DNA of 64,000 nucleotides from Escherichia coli (GCF_024502345.1 NZ_JALDNN010000001.1), one strand, 5' to 3'. Positions 18,515 through 29,740 are shown, counted from the stretch's first letter. A program made the numbers and translations. Notes: generated by a model from the sequence alone, not told the origin.

Positions 18515-19495
18515 TTAGTGGTTCAGAAGATGGTTTGCCTCTTGTTTGATTTGTTGTAGTACGTTACGCACATGATTTATCTGATTAATTGCATCTTCTT
18601 TTTCTTTACGTAACCGCGCATCCAGTAAATGATTTTCTGGTAGGGGTGTTTCACTCATCTGGCGATAAGGGATCCACGGATTATCATCTTCGTCTTCAAA
18701 GCGGAACGCCGGCGCATAGTAATCAACCTCTTCTTCCAGGCCATATGCCGTCACCTGCGGCTCATCATCACCAAGGCAGATAAGGTGCGTTAATAACGCT
18801 TTGAACGGCATATCACCCTGACCTGAAATACAGGCTTTATGACCCAGGCCACCCTGTTCTTTAACGATCAAGGCATCTTTAATATGGACCTGGGTAATAT
18901 GCGGTGCCATCGTTTTTAAGGCGTCGATGGGATGCTCATTTGCATTGATCATGTTCGCAAAATCAAACAGTAAGGAAAGAGACTCCATCTCACTTTCTTT
19001 GACCAGCGACACCAACTCATGACTTTTTAAATCTTCATGCTGCTCGATCGTAAAAGTCAGGCCGCTGTCCTGATACGTTTCCCGTACATAGGCAATGTCG
19101 TTAGCGATAATCGATAATACGTCGCGCAAATTACCTTCATAACGTGGATAAAAACGTACGGACGATGCCCCAGTTTTCAACGCGATGGCGACGGCTTCGT
19201 CAATAGATGCCTTATCTGAGGCGCTGGTTTCAATATGAATATCAAGGTTCAGACGGCGGGCTTTATCCCCAAAGGCAGAGAGTTCTTTATCGTCCATATT
19301 ACCAAGAGAAAAACGCTCGCCATCCAGAACATGGATTTTGACGCCACGTAGATTATTTTCACTTGCGATATCAAGTAAATCAGCAGGCAACACTCTTTCC
19401 AGCCGCATATTTAAATGAAAGGCATAAGCATGTAAATAAAGAGGAAGAGTGTCGACACGTTGTAGAATCTTTCTTGCGTTATTTATTGTCACCAT
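18515..19495 (-). CDS. yihM: Sugar-phosphate isomerase/epimerase (xylose-isomerase-like TIM barrel)
   Basis: 326-aa ORF; matches YihM. Confidence 0.9.
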   Translation of the reverse strand: MVTINNARKILQRVDTLPLYLHAYAFHLNMRLERVLPADLLDIASENNLRGVKIHVLDGERFSLGNMDDKELSAFGDKARRLNLDIHIETSASDKASIDEAVAIALKTGASSVRFYPRYEGNLRDVLSIIANDIAYVRETYQDSGLTFTIEQHEDLKSHELVSLVKESEMESLSLLFDFANMINANEHPIDALKTMAPHITQVHIKDALIVKEQGGLGHKACISGQGDMPFKALLTHLICLGDDEPQVTAYGLEEEVDYYAPAFRFEDEDDNPWIPYRQMSETPLPENHLLDARLRKEKEDAINQINHVRNVLQQIKQEANHLLNH

Positions 19496-19502
19496 AAAAC
19501 AC

Positions 19503-20213
19503 CTACAGATTAATGATGAGGTCTACGGCCTCAAATCGCCAATATTCAATATCTATCTGGACAATATTGCCTTGCTGGTCGGCGCGATGCTTTTCAATTA
19601 AGATCGCTGGCATACCCGCAGAACCGCCAAGATACTTGCTGATATCGCCCGGCATTCTGACGGGTTTGAAAATCAATTTTTTTACTACCGTCTCTTTTTG
19701 GTAGCACTTTTCCCAGACTGCAGAAAATGAGTGGTTTTCAAGTTGTTCAATAAAACCCGGAGCAACTTCAGGATTAATATATGTTTCGTGATAGAAAACT
19801 TTATGTCCTTCCAGCGCCCCCCAGCCGGTGATGCGATAGAGTTCAGTTGATGGCGTCACTGCAATCAGTGGCGCGAGCGTCTGGGGAATGTCGCTGGTAC
19901 GGCTTTTCTCGGTAAACCCCCAGGAAGGTTCCCGCCCTTGCTCAATTGCGGCCCGCTGAAAGCTCGCCGACAGCTCCGGACTGTAATTAAATCGCGGCTG
20001 GGTCACGAACCACCCCTTACGATCCTTACGGAAGATTTTGGATTCTGCCTCGAGGTTCAACAACGCCTGGCGCAGCGTCATACGTTTAATGCCCAGCAGT
20101 TCTCCCAGCTCTCTTTCTGAAGGGAGTTTTCCACCCGGCGTGGTGATGCCATCTTTCAACCACCGATCCAGTTTCTCTTTTGCATTTTCTACGGTGGATT
20201 GATTCTCCGCCAT
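19503..20213 (-). CDS. yihL: GntR-family transcriptional regulator (HTH plus UTRA domain)
   Basis: 236-aa ORF; N-terminal GntR HTH (LPSERELGELLGIKRMTLRQAL); 7 bp upstream of yihM. Confidence 0.9.
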   Translation of the reverse strand: MAENQSTVENAKEKLDRWLKDGITTPGGKLPSERELGELLGIKRMTLRQALLNLEAESKIFRKDRKGWFVTQPRFNYSPELSASFQRAAIEQGREPSWGFTEKSRTSDIPQTLAPLIAVTPSTELYRITGWGALEGHKVFYHETYINPEVAPGFIEQLENHSFSAVWEKCYQKETVVKKLIFKPVRMPGDISKYLGGSAGMPAILIEKHRADQQGNIVQIDIEYWRFEAVDLIINL

Positions 20214-20379
20214 TGTTTAATCCTTTTGGTTTAAACCAGATGAAGCATCTTACGCTTACGCCAAAAAAGAAAGCAATTAACGGTGTATGACTTTGCAGAT
20301 AATTGTGACAAAGCTCTCTATTGACGTAATCCCAGACTTATAAGGGAGATACTCGCATTGGTGTGCGCTCACGACAGGT

Positions 20380-20412
20380 AAAAAAAAACCTGCCAGCGAT
20401 GGCAGGTTTTTT
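20380..20412 (-). terminator. Rho-independent terminator of typA
   Basis: Hairpin CCTGCCAGCGATGGCAGG (20389-20406) flanked by an A-run and a T-run; on the minus strand the stem is followed by a U-run. Confidence 0.8.
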
Positions 20413-20429
20413 ATAACTAAAAAACGAAA

Positions 20430-22253
20430 TTAATCGTCTTTCGGTGCGCGGTTAGCGCGACGACGATCGTTTTCCGTCAGGTGACGTTTACGAATACGGA
20501 TAGAGGTCGGAGTCACTTCTACCAGTTCGTCATCATCGATGAACTCCAGAGCTTGTTCCAGAGTCATGCGGATAGGCGGAACCAGAACAACAGCTTCGTC
20601 AGTACCGGAAGCACGCATGTTGGTCAGTTTCTTACCGGTCAGGCAGTTTACAGTCAGGTCGTTAGAGCGGCTATGAATACCGATAATCTGACCTTCGTAA
20701 ACTTCTGCACCGTGACCGAGGAACAGCTTACCGCGATCCTGCAGACCGAACAGCGCGAACGCGACCGCTTTACCCTGACCGTTAGAGATCAGTACACCGT
20801 TCTGACGCTGACCCACTTCGCCCGGACGTACGTCGTCGTAGTGGCTGAAGGTGGAGTACAGCAGACCAGTACCGGAAGTCATGGTCATGAACTCAGAACG
20901 GAAGCCAATCAGACCACGGCTTGGGATCACGTAGTCGAGACGTACGCGGCCTTTACCGTCTGGATTCATGTTTTTCAGGTCGCCTTTACGTTCGCCCAGC
21001 GCCTGCATTACAGAACCCTGATGCTGTTCTTCAACGTCCAGAGTCACGTTTTCATATGGCTCTTGTTTACGACCGTCGATTTCACGGAAGATAACTTTCG
21101 GACGGGATACCGCCAGTTCGAAACCTTCACGACGCATGTTTTCGATCAGAACAGACAGGTGTAGTTCGCCACGACCAGAAACGCGGAACGCATCAGCGTC
21201 TTCGGTTTCTTCTACGCGCAGCGCAACGTTGTGTACCAGTTCTTTGTTCAGACGATCCAGGATCTGACGAGACGTTACGAACTTACCTTCTTTACCGCAG
21301 AACGGCGAGGTGTTAACGCAGAAGAACATAGAAACGGTCGGCTCATCAACGGAGAGTGCCGGCAGCGCTTCAACGTTTTGCGTGTCGCAAACGGTGTCAG
21401 AAATGTTCAGTTCGCCAAGGCCCGTGATCGCAACGATATCGCCAGCTTCCGCCAGATCGGTTTCGATACGTTCCAGACCGAGGTGGCCCAGCACTTTACC
21501 GACTTTCGCGTTGCGGGTTTTGCCTTCGCTATCGATGATAGTAACCTGCTGGTTCGGCTTCACTTTACCGCGCTTGATGCGGCCAATGCCGATAACGCCA
21601 ACATAGCTGTTGTAATCGAGCTGAGAAATCTGCATCTGGAACGGACCGTCAAGGTCAACGTCCGGCGCAGGAACGTGGTCAACAATCGCCTGGTACAGCG
21701 GGGTCATGTCTTCCGCCATATCTTCGTGGTCCAGACCCGCGATACCGTTCAGCGCAGAAGCGTAAACGATCGGGAAGTCCAGCTGCTCGTCGGTCGCGTC
21801 GAGGTTAACGAACAGATCGAATACCTGATCCACAACCCAATCAGGACGCGCGCCAGGGCGGTCAACTTTGTTGATAACAACAATCGGCTTCAGGCCGTAA
21901 GCAAACGCTTTTTTGGTTACGAAGCGCGTTTGCGGCATCGGGCCGTCAAATGCGTCAACCACCAGCAGCACTGAGTCTACCATGGACATTACACGTTCAA
22001 CTTCACCACCGAAGTCGGCGTGCCCCGGGGTATCAACGATGTTGATACGGTAATCATTCCATTTGATAGCGGTGTTTTTCGCGAGGATGGTAATCCCACG
22101 CTCTTTCTCCAAATCGTTGGAGTCCATCACGCGCTCTTGGGTTTCGGCACGAGAGTCGAACGTACCGGATTGTTGGAGCAGCTTGTCTACCAGGGTGGTT
22201 TTACCATGGTCTACGTGCGCGATGATGGCGATATTACGCAATTTTTCGATCAC
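20430..22253 (-). CDS. typA: Ribosome-binding translational GTPase TypA/BipA
   Basis: 607-aa ORF with G1 motif AHVDHGKTT; EF-G/LepA-like. Confidence 0.95.
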   Translation of the reverse strand: MIEKLRNIAIIAHVDHGKTTLVDKLLQQSGTFDSRAETQERVMDSNDLEKERGITILAKNTAIKWNDYRINIVDTPGHADFGGEVERVMSMVDSVLLVVDAFDGPMPQTRFVTKKAFAYGLKPIVVINKVDRPGARPDWVVDQVFDLFVNLDATDEQLDFPIVYASALNGIAGLDHEDMAEDMTPLYQAIVDHVPAPDVDLDGPFQMQISQLDYNSYVGVIGIGRIKRGKVKPNQQVTIIDSEGKTRNAKVGKVLGHLGLERIETDLAEAGDIVAITGLGELNISDTVCDTQNVEALPALSVDEPTVSMFFCVNTSPFCGKEGKFVTSRQILDRLNKELVHNVALRVEETEDADAFRVSGRGELHLSVLIENMRREGFELAVSRPKVIFREIDGRKQEPYENVTLDVEEQHQGSVMQALGERKGDLKNMNPDGKGRVRLDYVIPSRGLIGFRSEFMTMTSGTGLLYSTFSHYDDVRPGEVGQRQNGVLISNGQGKAVAFALFGLQDRGKLFLGHGAEVYEGQIIGIHSRSNDLTVNCLTGKKLTNMRASGTDEAVVLVPPIRMTLEQALEFIDDDELVEVTPTSIRIRKRHLTENDRRRANRAPKDD

Positions 22254-22404
22254 AACTTTGCCTCAGGCATTAGAAATAGCGCGTTATTGTACACGGATTA
22301 ATCGCACTACAAAACAGGATCACAAACATCCTCCGCAAACAAGTATTGCAGAGTCCCTTTGTGATCGCTTTCACGGAGCATAAAAAGGGTTATCCAAAGG
22401 TCAT

Positions 22405-22494
22405 TGCACCAATATAGTGCTTAATGTTTCCATTGAAGCACTATATTGGTGCAACATTCACATCGTGGTGCAGCCCTTTTGCACGATGGTGCGC
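22405..22494 (+). promoter_or_regulatory. glnA enhancer: NtrC (NRI) binding sites
   Basis: TGCACCAATATAGTGCT (22405-22421), GCACTATATTGGTGCA (22438-22453), TGGTGCAGCCCTTTTGCACGATGGTGCGC (22466-22494); each matches the TGCACC-N5-GGTGCA NtrC consensus. Confidence 0.85.
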
Positions 22495-22525
22495 ATGATA
22501 ACGCCTTTTAGGGGCAATTTAAAAG

Positions 22526-22542
22526 TTGGCACAGTTTTCGCT
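22526..22542 (+). promoter_or_regulatory. sigma54 promoter glnAp2
   Basis: TTGGCACAGTTTTCGCT: -24 GG (22528-22529) and -12 GC (22540-22541) with canonical spacing. Confidence 0.9.
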
Positions 22543-22625
22543 TTATCTTTTTTACGGCGACACGGCCAAAATAATTGCAGATTTCGTTACCACGACGACA
22601 ATGACCAATCCAGGAGAGTTAAAGT

Positions 22626-24035
22626 ATGTCCGCTGAACACGTACTGACGATGCTGAACGAGCACGAAGTGAAGTTTGTTGATTTGCGCTTCACCGATACC
22701 AAAGGTAAAGAACAGCACGTCACTATCCCTGCTCATCAGGTGAATGCTGAATTCTTCGAAGAAGGCAAAATGTTTGACGGCTCCTCGATTGGCGGCTGGA
22801 AAGGCATTAACGAATCCGACATGGTGCTGATGCCAGACGCATCCACCGCAGTGATTGACCCGTTCTTCGCCGACTCCACCCTGATTATCCGTTGCGACAT
22901 CCTTGAACCTGGCACCCTGCAAGGCTATGACCGTGACCCGCGCTCCATCGCGAAGCGCGCTGAAGATTACCTGCGTTCTACTGGCATTGCCGACACCGTA
23001 CTGTTCGGGCCAGAACCTGAATTCTTCCTGTTCGATGACATCCGTTTCGGATCATCTATCTCCGGTTCTCATGTTGCTATCGACGATATCGAAGGCGCAT
23101 GGAACTCCTCCACCCAATATGAAGGTGGTAACAAAGGTCACCGTCCGGCAGTGAAAGGCGGTTACTTCCCGGTTCCGCCGGTAGACTCTGCTCAGGATAT
23201 TCGTTCTGAAATGTGTCTGGTGATGGAACAGATGGGTCTGGTGGTTGAAGCCCATCACCACGAAGTAGCGACTGCTGGTCAGAACGAAGTGGCTACCCGC
23301 TTCAATACCATGACCAAAAAAGCTGACGAAATTCAGATCTACAAATATGTTGTGCACAACGTAGCGCACCGCTTCGGTAAAACCGCGACCTTTATGCCAA
23401 AACCGATGTTCGGTGATAACGGCTCCGGTATGCACTGCCACATGTCTCTGTCTAAAAACGGCGTTAACCTGTTCGCAGGCGACAAATACGCAGGTCTGTC
23501 TGAGCAGGCGCTGTACTACATTGGCGGCGTAATCAAACACGCTAAAGCGATTAACGCCCTGGCAAACCCGACCACCAACTCTTATAAGCGTCTGGTCCCG
23601 GGCTACGAAGCACCGGTAATGCTGGCTTACTCTGCACGCAACCGTTCTGCGTCTATCCGTATTCCGGTGGTTTCTTCTCCGAAAGCGCGTCGTATCGAAG
23701 TGCGTTTCCCGGACCCGGCGGCTAACCCGTACCTGTGCTTTGCTGCCCTGCTGATGGCCGGTCTTGATGGCATCAAGAACAAGATCCATCCGGGCGAAGC
23801 CATGGACAAAAACCTGTATGACCTGCCGCCAGAAGAAGCGAAAGAGATCCCACAAGTTGCAGGCTCTCTGGAAGAAGCACTGAACGAGCTGGATCTGGAC
23901 CGCGAGTTCCTGAAAGCCGGTGGCGTGTTCACGGATGAAGCGATCGATGCGTACATCGCTCTGCGTCGCGAAGAAGATGACCGCGTGCGTATGACTCCGC
24001 ATCCGGTAGAGTTTGAGCTGTACTACAGCGTCTAA
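22626..24035 (+). CDS. glnA: Glutamine synthetase
   Basis: 469-aa [27 protein letters not shown]...; adenylylation site Tyr within NLYDLP. Confidence 0.97.
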
Positions 24036-24095
24036 TAGTTGAAGTTGTACTACCCGGCGCAACAACGCCGGGATTTAGTTGCCGTGGAAACTTTC

Positions 24096-24121
24096 AGCCC
24101 ATCTCTGCATGGGCTTTTTTC
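24096..24121 (+). terminator. glnA rho-independent terminator (3'UTR, source of the GlnZ 3'UTR-derived sRNA)
   Basis: Hairpin AGCCCAT-CTCTGC-ATGGGCT followed by TTTTTT; a second GC hairpin CCCGGCGCAACAACGCCGGG lies at 24052-24071. Confidence 0.8.
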
Positions 24122-24165
24122 TCCGTCAATTCTCTGATGCTTCGCGCTTTTTATCCGTAAAAAGC

Positions 24166-24187
24166 TATAATGCACTAAAATGGTGCA
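24166..24187 (+). promoter_or_regulatory. glnL promoter -10 overlapped by an NtrC operator
   Basis: TATAAT at 24166-24171 overlapping TGCACTAAAATGGTGCA (24171-24187). Confidence 0.75.
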
Positions 24188-24208
24188 ACCTGTTCAGGAG
24201 ACTGCTTT

Positions 24209-25258
24209 ATGGCAACAGGCACGCAGCCCGATGCTGGGCAGATCCTCAACTCGCTGATTAACAGTATTTTGTTAATCGATGACAACCTGGCGATCCATTA
24301 CGCCAACCCCGCCGCGCAACAACTGCTCGCCCAAAGCTCCCGCAAATTGTTTGGTACGCCGTTACCGGAACTGTTGAGCTACTTCTCATTAAATATTGAG
24401 CTGATGCAAGAAAGTCTGGAGGCGGGGCAAGGTTTTACCGATAACGAAGTGACGCTGGTGATCGACGGTCGCTCGCATATCCTTTCTGTGACGGCCCAGC
24501 GTATGCCGGACGGCATGATCCTGCTGGAGATGGCGCCGATGGATAACCAGCGCCGCTTAAGTCAGGAACAGCTACAGCACGCCCAGCAGGTTGCTGCCCG
24601 TGATTTAGTGCGCGGCCTGGCACATGAGATTAAAAATCCGCTTGGCGGTTTACGTGGCGCGGCGCAGCTACTCAGCAAAGCATTACCTGACCCGTCACTA
24701 CTGGAATATACCAAAGTGATTATCGAACAGGCGGACCGGCTGCGAAATCTGGTCGACCGTCTGTTGGGGCCGCAGCTGCCCGGTACGCGCGTGACCGAAA
24801 GTATTCACAAAGTAGCTGAACGCGTGGTAACGCTGGTGTCGATGGAACTGCCGGACAACGTGCGGTTGATTCGTGATTACGATCCCAGCCTGCCGGAACT
24901 GGCGCACGACCCGGATCAAATTGAACAGGTCTTGCTGAATATTGTGCGCAATGCGCTACAGGCGCTGGGGCCGGAGGGTGGTGAAATCATTCTGCGTACC
25001 CGCACCGCGTTTCAACTGACCTTACACGGCGAGCGCTACCGGCTGGCGGCGCGGATTGATGTGGAAGATAACGGGCCAGGCATTCCGCCTCATTTGCAGG
25101 ATACGCTGTTTTACCCGATGGTCAGCGGCCGCGAAGGTGGCACCGGGCTTGGCTTATCCATCGCTCGTAATTTGATTGATCAGCATTCAGGCAAAATTGA
25201 ATTTACCAGTTGGCCAGGGCATACCGAGTTCTCGGTTTACCTGCCTATCAGGAAATAA
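24209..25258 (+). CDS. glnL: Nitrogen regulation sensor histidine kinase NtrB (NRII)
   Basis: 349-aa ORF with H-box ([11 protein letters not shown]) and ATPase G-boxes; AGGAG SD upstream. Confidence 0.95.
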
Positions 25259-25269
25259 AGGTGACGTTT

Positions 25270-26679
25270 ATGCAACGAGGGATAGTCTGGGTAGTCGATG
25301 ACGATAGTTCCATCCGTTGGGTGCTTGAACGTGCGCTCGCTGGAGCGGGTTTAACCTGTACGACATTTGAGAACGGCGCGGAGGTACTGGAGGCGCTGGC
25401 GAGCAAAACGCCGGATGTGCTGCTTTCAGATATCCGTATGCCGGGAATGGACGGGCTGGCGCTGCTCAAGCAGATTAAACAGCGCCATCCGATGCTTCCG
25501 GTCATCATTATGACCGCACATTCCGATCTGGATGCTGCCGTCAGCGCCTATCAACAAGGGGCGTTCGATTATCTGCCCAAACCGTTTGATATCGACGAAG
25601 CCGTGGCGCTGGTTGAGCGCGCCATCAGTCATTACCAGGAACAGCAGCAGCCGCGTAATGTTCAGCTTAACGGCCCAACGACCGATATCATCGGCGAAGC
25701 GCCAGCCATGCAGGACGTGTTCCGTATTATCGGTCGGCTTTCGCGTTCTTCTATTAGCGTGCTGATTAACGGCGAATCCGGTACCGGTAAAGAACTGGTC
25801 GCTCATGCCCTGCATCGCCACAGTCCGCGAGCCAAAGCGCCGTTTATCGCGCTGAATATGGCAGCTATCCCAAAAGATTTGATCGAATCAGAACTGTTTG
25901 GTCACGAGAAAGGCGCGTTTACCGGCGCGAATACCATTCGTCAGGGGCGTTTTGAACAGGCTGATGGCGGTACATTATTTCTCGATGAAATTGGCGATAT
26001 GCCGCTGGATGTGCAGACGCGTTTGCTGCGCGTGCTGGCAGACGGTCAGTTTTACCGCGTTGGCGGCTATGCGCCGGTGAAAGTGGATGTGCGGATTATC
26101 GCTGCCACTCACCAGAATCTCGAACAGCGGGTGCAGGAAGGTAAGTTCCGTGAGGATCTGTTCCACCGCCTGAACGTTATCCGCGTTCATCTGCCGCCAC
26201 TGCGTGAGCGTCGGGAAGATATTCCCCGCCTGGCACGCCATTTTTTACAGGTTGCTGCGCGCGAACTGGGCGTAGAAGCGAAGTTGCTGCATCCGGAAAC
26301 CGAAGCTGCTCTGACGCGTCTGGCGTGGCCGGGTAACGTACGCCAGCTGGAAAACACCTGTCGCTGGCTAACAGTGATGGCCGCCGGGCAGGAAGTGTTG
26401 ATTCAGGATTTGCCCGGTGAACTGTTTGAATCAACGGTTGCGGAGAGTACTTCGCAAATGCAACCGGACAGTTGGGCAACGCTGTTAGCACAGTGGGCAG
26501 ATCGGGCGCTACGTTCCGGTCATCAAAATCTGCTTTCCGAAGCGCAGCCAGAGCTGGAGCGGACGTTACTGACGACCGCGTTGCGACATACGCAGGGGCA
26601 TAAACAGGAAGCGGCGCGGCTACTCGGCTGGGGCCGCAACACTCTGACGCGTAAGTTAAAAGAGTTAGGGATGGAGTGA
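25270..26679 (+). CDS. glnG: Nitrogen regulation response regulator NtrC (NRI), sigma54 activator
   Basis: Start set at ATG 25270 ([12 protein letters not shown]...), 469 aa; receiver domain, AAA+ GAFTGA motif ([10 protein letters not shown]), C-terminal HTH. Confidence 0.95.
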   Translation: MQRGIVWVVDDDSSIRWVLERALAGAGLTCTTFENGAEVLEALASKTPDVLLSDIRMPGMDGLALLKQIKQRHPMLPVIIMTAHSDLDAAVSAYQQGAFDYLPKPFDIDEAVALVERAISHYQEQQQPRNVQLNGPTTDIIGEAPAMQDVFRIIGRLSRSSISVLINGESGTGKELVAHALHRHSPRAKAPFIALNMAAIPKDLIESELFGHEKGAFTGANTIRQGRFEQADGGTLFLDEIGDMPLDVQTRLLRVLADGQFYRVGGYAPVKVDVRIIAATHQNLEQRVQEGKFREDLFHRLNVIRVHLPPLRERREDIPRLARHFLQVAARELGVEAKLLHPETEAALTRLAWPGNVRQLENTCRWLTVMAAGQEVLIQDLPGELFESTVAESTSQMQPDSWATLLAQWADRALRSGHQNLLSEAQPELERTLLTTALRHTQGHKQEAARLLGWGRNTLTRKLKELGME

Positions 26680-26790
26680 TTCACGGCTTGTGTGTAAAGA
26701 TTGATTATTGAGCGCAAATTGCTGGTATTTTGCGCTTTACTGTTCCGATAAGTTCAGTATGATCTTGCCCGGAAAACGGGGAGAGTCATT

Positions 26791-26901
26791 ATGCTGGAAT
26801 CAATAATTAATCTGGTATCGAGTGGCGCAGTTGACAGCCACACACCGCAAACTGCCGTTGCTGCCGTGCTGTGTGCCGCGATGATTGGGCTGTTTAGTTG
26901 A
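26791..26901 (+). CDS. yshB: Small protein YshB (36 aa)
   Basis: ATG 26791 preceded by GGGGAGAG; MLESIINLVSSGAVDSHTPQTAVAAVLCAAMIGLFS*; too short for the ORF track; recognised by recall of the K-12 small-protein annotation. Confidence 0.6.
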   Translation: MLESIINLVSSGAVDSHTPQTAVAAVLCAAMIGLFS

Positions 26902-26935
26902 GTTTCAGATTGCTGATGAAGTGCTCTTTGTTCAT

Positions 26936-27023
26936 GCCGGATGCGGCGTGAACGCCTTATCCGGTCTACAAAAGCAATATTTTCAACAGGTTTTGTAGGC
27001 CTGATAAGCGTAGCGCATCAGGC
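26936..27023. repeat. REP elements
   Basis: GCCGGATGCGGCGTGAACGCCTTATCCGGTCTAC and GTAGGCCTGATAAGCGTAGCGCATCAGGC. Confidence 0.85.
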
Positions 27024-27090
27024 AATCTTGTTCTCAGCACATTGATGGCGCTTTCGTTTTCTACTTTGTAAACGAAGCGCCATTCACTAT

Positions 27091-28464
27091 TTAAATCACC
27101 CGAGAGAACTGCTGCATCCGCGCTTTCTGGCGCAGATAGGTATCAAAGCACATGCAAATGTTGCGGATCAGCAAGCGACCTTTCGCCGTCACCTGTATTC
27201 CCTTCTCATCCACATCCACCAGCCCATCTTTTGCTAACGGGGCGAGCAGCTTGAGATCTTCCGCAAAGTAATCAGCGAAGTGCAAATCCCACTGTTTCTC
27301 AATAGGGGCGTAATCCAGACGGAAGTTGCAGATGAGCGACTTAATCACATCGCGGCGAATACAATCATCACGCGTTAGCGCAATACCACGCCACAGCGCA
27401 TTGCCTTGTTCATCCACTTGCTGATAGTACTGTTTCAACTCTTTCTGGTTCTGCGCGTAGCAGTCGCCAATCATGCTGATGGCGGAAACGCCCATCCCCA
27501 GCAGATCGGTATCGCCCTGAGTGGTGTAGCCCTGGAAATTACGATGCAGCACGCCTTCACGCTGGGCCACCGCCAGCTCGTCATCCGGACGGGCAAAGTG
27601 ATCCATACCGATAAACTGATAGCCCGATTGCGTCAGGAAGGCGATGGTTTCCTGCAGGATATCGAGTTTTTGCTGCGGACTCGGCAGGTCAGCATCTTTG
27701 ATTTTGCGCTGAGCAGCAAAAATGGTCGGCAGATGCGCGTAGTTAAAGACACTCAGACGATCGGGGTTCAGCTCCGCCACACGTTTCAGGGTAAAGGCGA
27801 AACTCTCCGGCGTCTGTTTCGGCAGGCCGTAAATCAGGTCGATGTTGGTGGAGGTAAAACCAATCTCACGCGCATGGTTAAGCAGTGCAAAGATGAACTC
27901 TTCATCCTGCTCGCGGTTAACCAGACGTTGCACTTCTTTGTTGAAGTCCTGCACGCCCATGCTCAGGCGATTAAAGCCTTCGGCGCGTAAATGATCGAGT
28001 ACATCCAGTTCGATTTCCCGCGGATCGACTTCGATCGAAATCTCCGCATCGGCATTGAACTGGAAGTTTTCGTGCAGCAGCTTCATCAGGCGGCTGATTT
28101 GCGCTTTATTAAGATACGTCGGCGTTCCGCCGCCCCAGTGCAATTGGCTGACGTGACGCCCGGCGAACAGCGGTGCACGATGGACGATTTCTTGCTCCAG
28201 CGCGTCCAGATACTGATCGGCCTTGTGCTGTTGGCGAGTAACAATCTTATTGCAGCCGCAGAAGTAACAAAGCTTATGGCAGAACGGGATATGTACGTAG
28301 AGAGATAATGGACGCTCAGGATAGCGCGCCACGGCTTGTAAAAACGCCTGTTCGCCGAAGTCTTCTGAAAACTCCAGCGCGGTCGGGTACGAGGTGTATC
28401 GTGGCCCGGAATAGTTATATTTCTGGATCAGGGCCAGATCCCAGTCGATTTGCTGTACAGACAT
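27091..28464 (-). CDS. hemN: Oxygen-independent coproporphyrinogen-III oxidase (radical SAM)
   Basis: ORF-track frame 27091..28470; start set at the Met of MSVQQIDW..., 457 aa; radical-SAM CxxxCxxC motif (CHKLCYFCGC). Confidence 0.9.
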   Translation of the reverse strand: MSVQQIDWDLALIQKYNYSGPRYTSYPTALEFSEDFGEQAFLQAVARYPERPLSLYVHIPFCHKLCYFCGCNKIVTRQQHKADQYLDALEQEIVHRAPLFAGRHVSQLHWGGGTPTYLNKAQISRLMKLLHENFQFNADAEISIEVDPREIELDVLDHLRAEGFNRLSMGVQDFNKEVQRLVNREQDEEFIFALLNHAREIGFTSTNIDLIYGLPKQTPESFAFTLKRVAELNPDRLSVFNYAHLPTIFAAQRKIKDADLPSPQQKLDILQETIAFLTQSGYQFIGMDHFARPDDELAVAQREGVLHRNFQGYTTQGDTDLLGMGVSAISMIGDCYAQNQKELKQYYQQVDEQGNALWRGIALTRDDCIRRDVIKSLICNFRLDYAPIEKQWDLHFADYFAEDLKLLAPLAKDGLVDVDEKGIQVTAKGRLLIRNICMCFDTYLRQKARMQQFSRVI

Positions 28465-28652
28465 GCTCACTCCTTCCGATGGCGTCTCTGGCGGCTACGG
28501 CGTACCGGCGGATGCCCGTTTCGGGTCATCAGCCGGTTGCGCAGCCACTTTTGTCGCCGCGACAACCGCTGTAGTTTAACGAATAACCACACCAGATAAC
28601 ATATAACCGGAAGGGTTATCAGCAGAACGGGAAGGCCCACGGCGGCAATCCG

Positions 28653-29159
28653 TTAGTTGCCCCGCAGCAGACGCATCATGTCTTCTTGCTTCTCGTCTTC
28701 TTCCTCTTCTTCGTCATCGTCATAAGAGAGGCCGAGTTTCTGCATCAACTCATCAATACGATCCAGTTTAGCATCCACCCAGGATTGCTCTTCGGCACTC
28801 AGGGTTTCGCCTGCTTCCAGACGTTCCAGCAGCGCATCCAGACGCTCATCCGTTTCCAGTAATTCCAACTCCGCCTGCGGTGAAAGCATAGGTTTCTCAC
28901 TCTTCGGTTTGTGCTGTTTGGTGACTTTTTCAGTCACGCCCAATGGAATAGGGGTTTTACTGCCAATACGTGGATCTTTTGGTGCGTTCTGGCCTTTGCT
29001 GCCTGACGTGGTGTTACCGCCCGCTGCGCGGCTGCCCGGCGCATGACCACGACGTTTTTTCTGACGCTTGCGGTCACGTGCTTCCTGATTCAGCTCTTCG
29101 CGCGTTTTGCGACGCGCTTTTGCATGACCTTTGCTGCGTGATGGTGAAGATGGTTTCAT
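28653..29159 (-). CDS. yihI: Der GTPase-activating protein YihI
   Basis: Start set at the Met of [18 protein letters not shown]...; basic N-terminus and acidic C-terminus ([10 protein letters not shown]). Confidence 0.9.
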   Translation of the reverse strand: MKPSSPSRSKGHAKARRKTREELNQEARDRKRQKKRRGHAPGSRAAGGNTTSGSKGQNAPKDPRIGSKTPIPLGVTEKVTKQHKPKSEKPMLSPQAELELLETDERLDALLERLEAGETLSAEEQSWVDAKLDRIDELMQKLGLSYDDDEEEEEDEKQEDMMRLLRGN

Positions 29160-29227
29160 AATGGTTCGTCTTTTAGCCGTTTTATTCAGTATAGATTTGC
29201 GGCGGAATCTAACAGAAAGCAAGCAAA

Positions 29228-29470
29228 GAAAAAAGGCGACAGATTACTCTGTCGCCTTTTTTCCTGACTCATAACCCTTAACGGGTCTTACAATCCTTGC
29301 AGGCCGCCAACACACCCTGTTTTTCCATTAGCCGGAACAATCCGTGTTGATTCCATTTCCGTTTAATTACGTCTCCGGACGTTTGTCTTCCTGACAATCC
29401 TCTGTCTTCGCCTCCTGGCGCTCCTGACCCTCATCCTGAGTCATTGTTCCTGTTAGCGTCCTCGCTCTAT
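29228..29470 (-). ncRNA. csrC: CsrC sRNA (CsrA-sequestering)
   Basis: Minus-strand transcript beginning ATAGAGCGAGGACGCTAACAGGAACAATGACTCAGGATGAGGGTCAGGAGCGCCAGGAGG... with more than a dozen GGA triplets, ending in hairpin GGCGACAGAGTAATCTGTCGCC plus U-run. Lies in the yihI-engB intergenic region; sequence recognised as CsrC. Confidence 0.85.
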
Positions 29471-29740
29471 GGGTGCTACTTTACGCCTTTGCTTTAAACA
29501 AACAATCAACCGCCATCAGTATTTGCACATTTTCAGAGTTTTATATAAAAGCAATTAACTGATTTATATAGCTTATTTGACATGCATCGCAGAATTTTCT
29601 CTGCTATTTCGCATAAAGACTATCGGCAATGTCTCACAAAGCGTATGGCTTTTACTTACAACGCTCACGCCGAAAAATCCGCCTTTTATTATGGTTCAGG
29701 TATAATCGCCGCAAAGCTTTGACTGACGGAGACGACCGCT

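Noticed and set aside
20481-21974. Long plus-strand ORFs (227 and 247 aa) opposite typA
   Set aside because: Antisense to a highly conserved GTPase gene; no SD or promoter; typical shadow ORFs.
23052-24065. 337-aa minus-strand ORF opposite glnA
   Set aside because: Antisense shadow ORF within glutamine synthetase; Arg-rich low-complexity translation and no start context.
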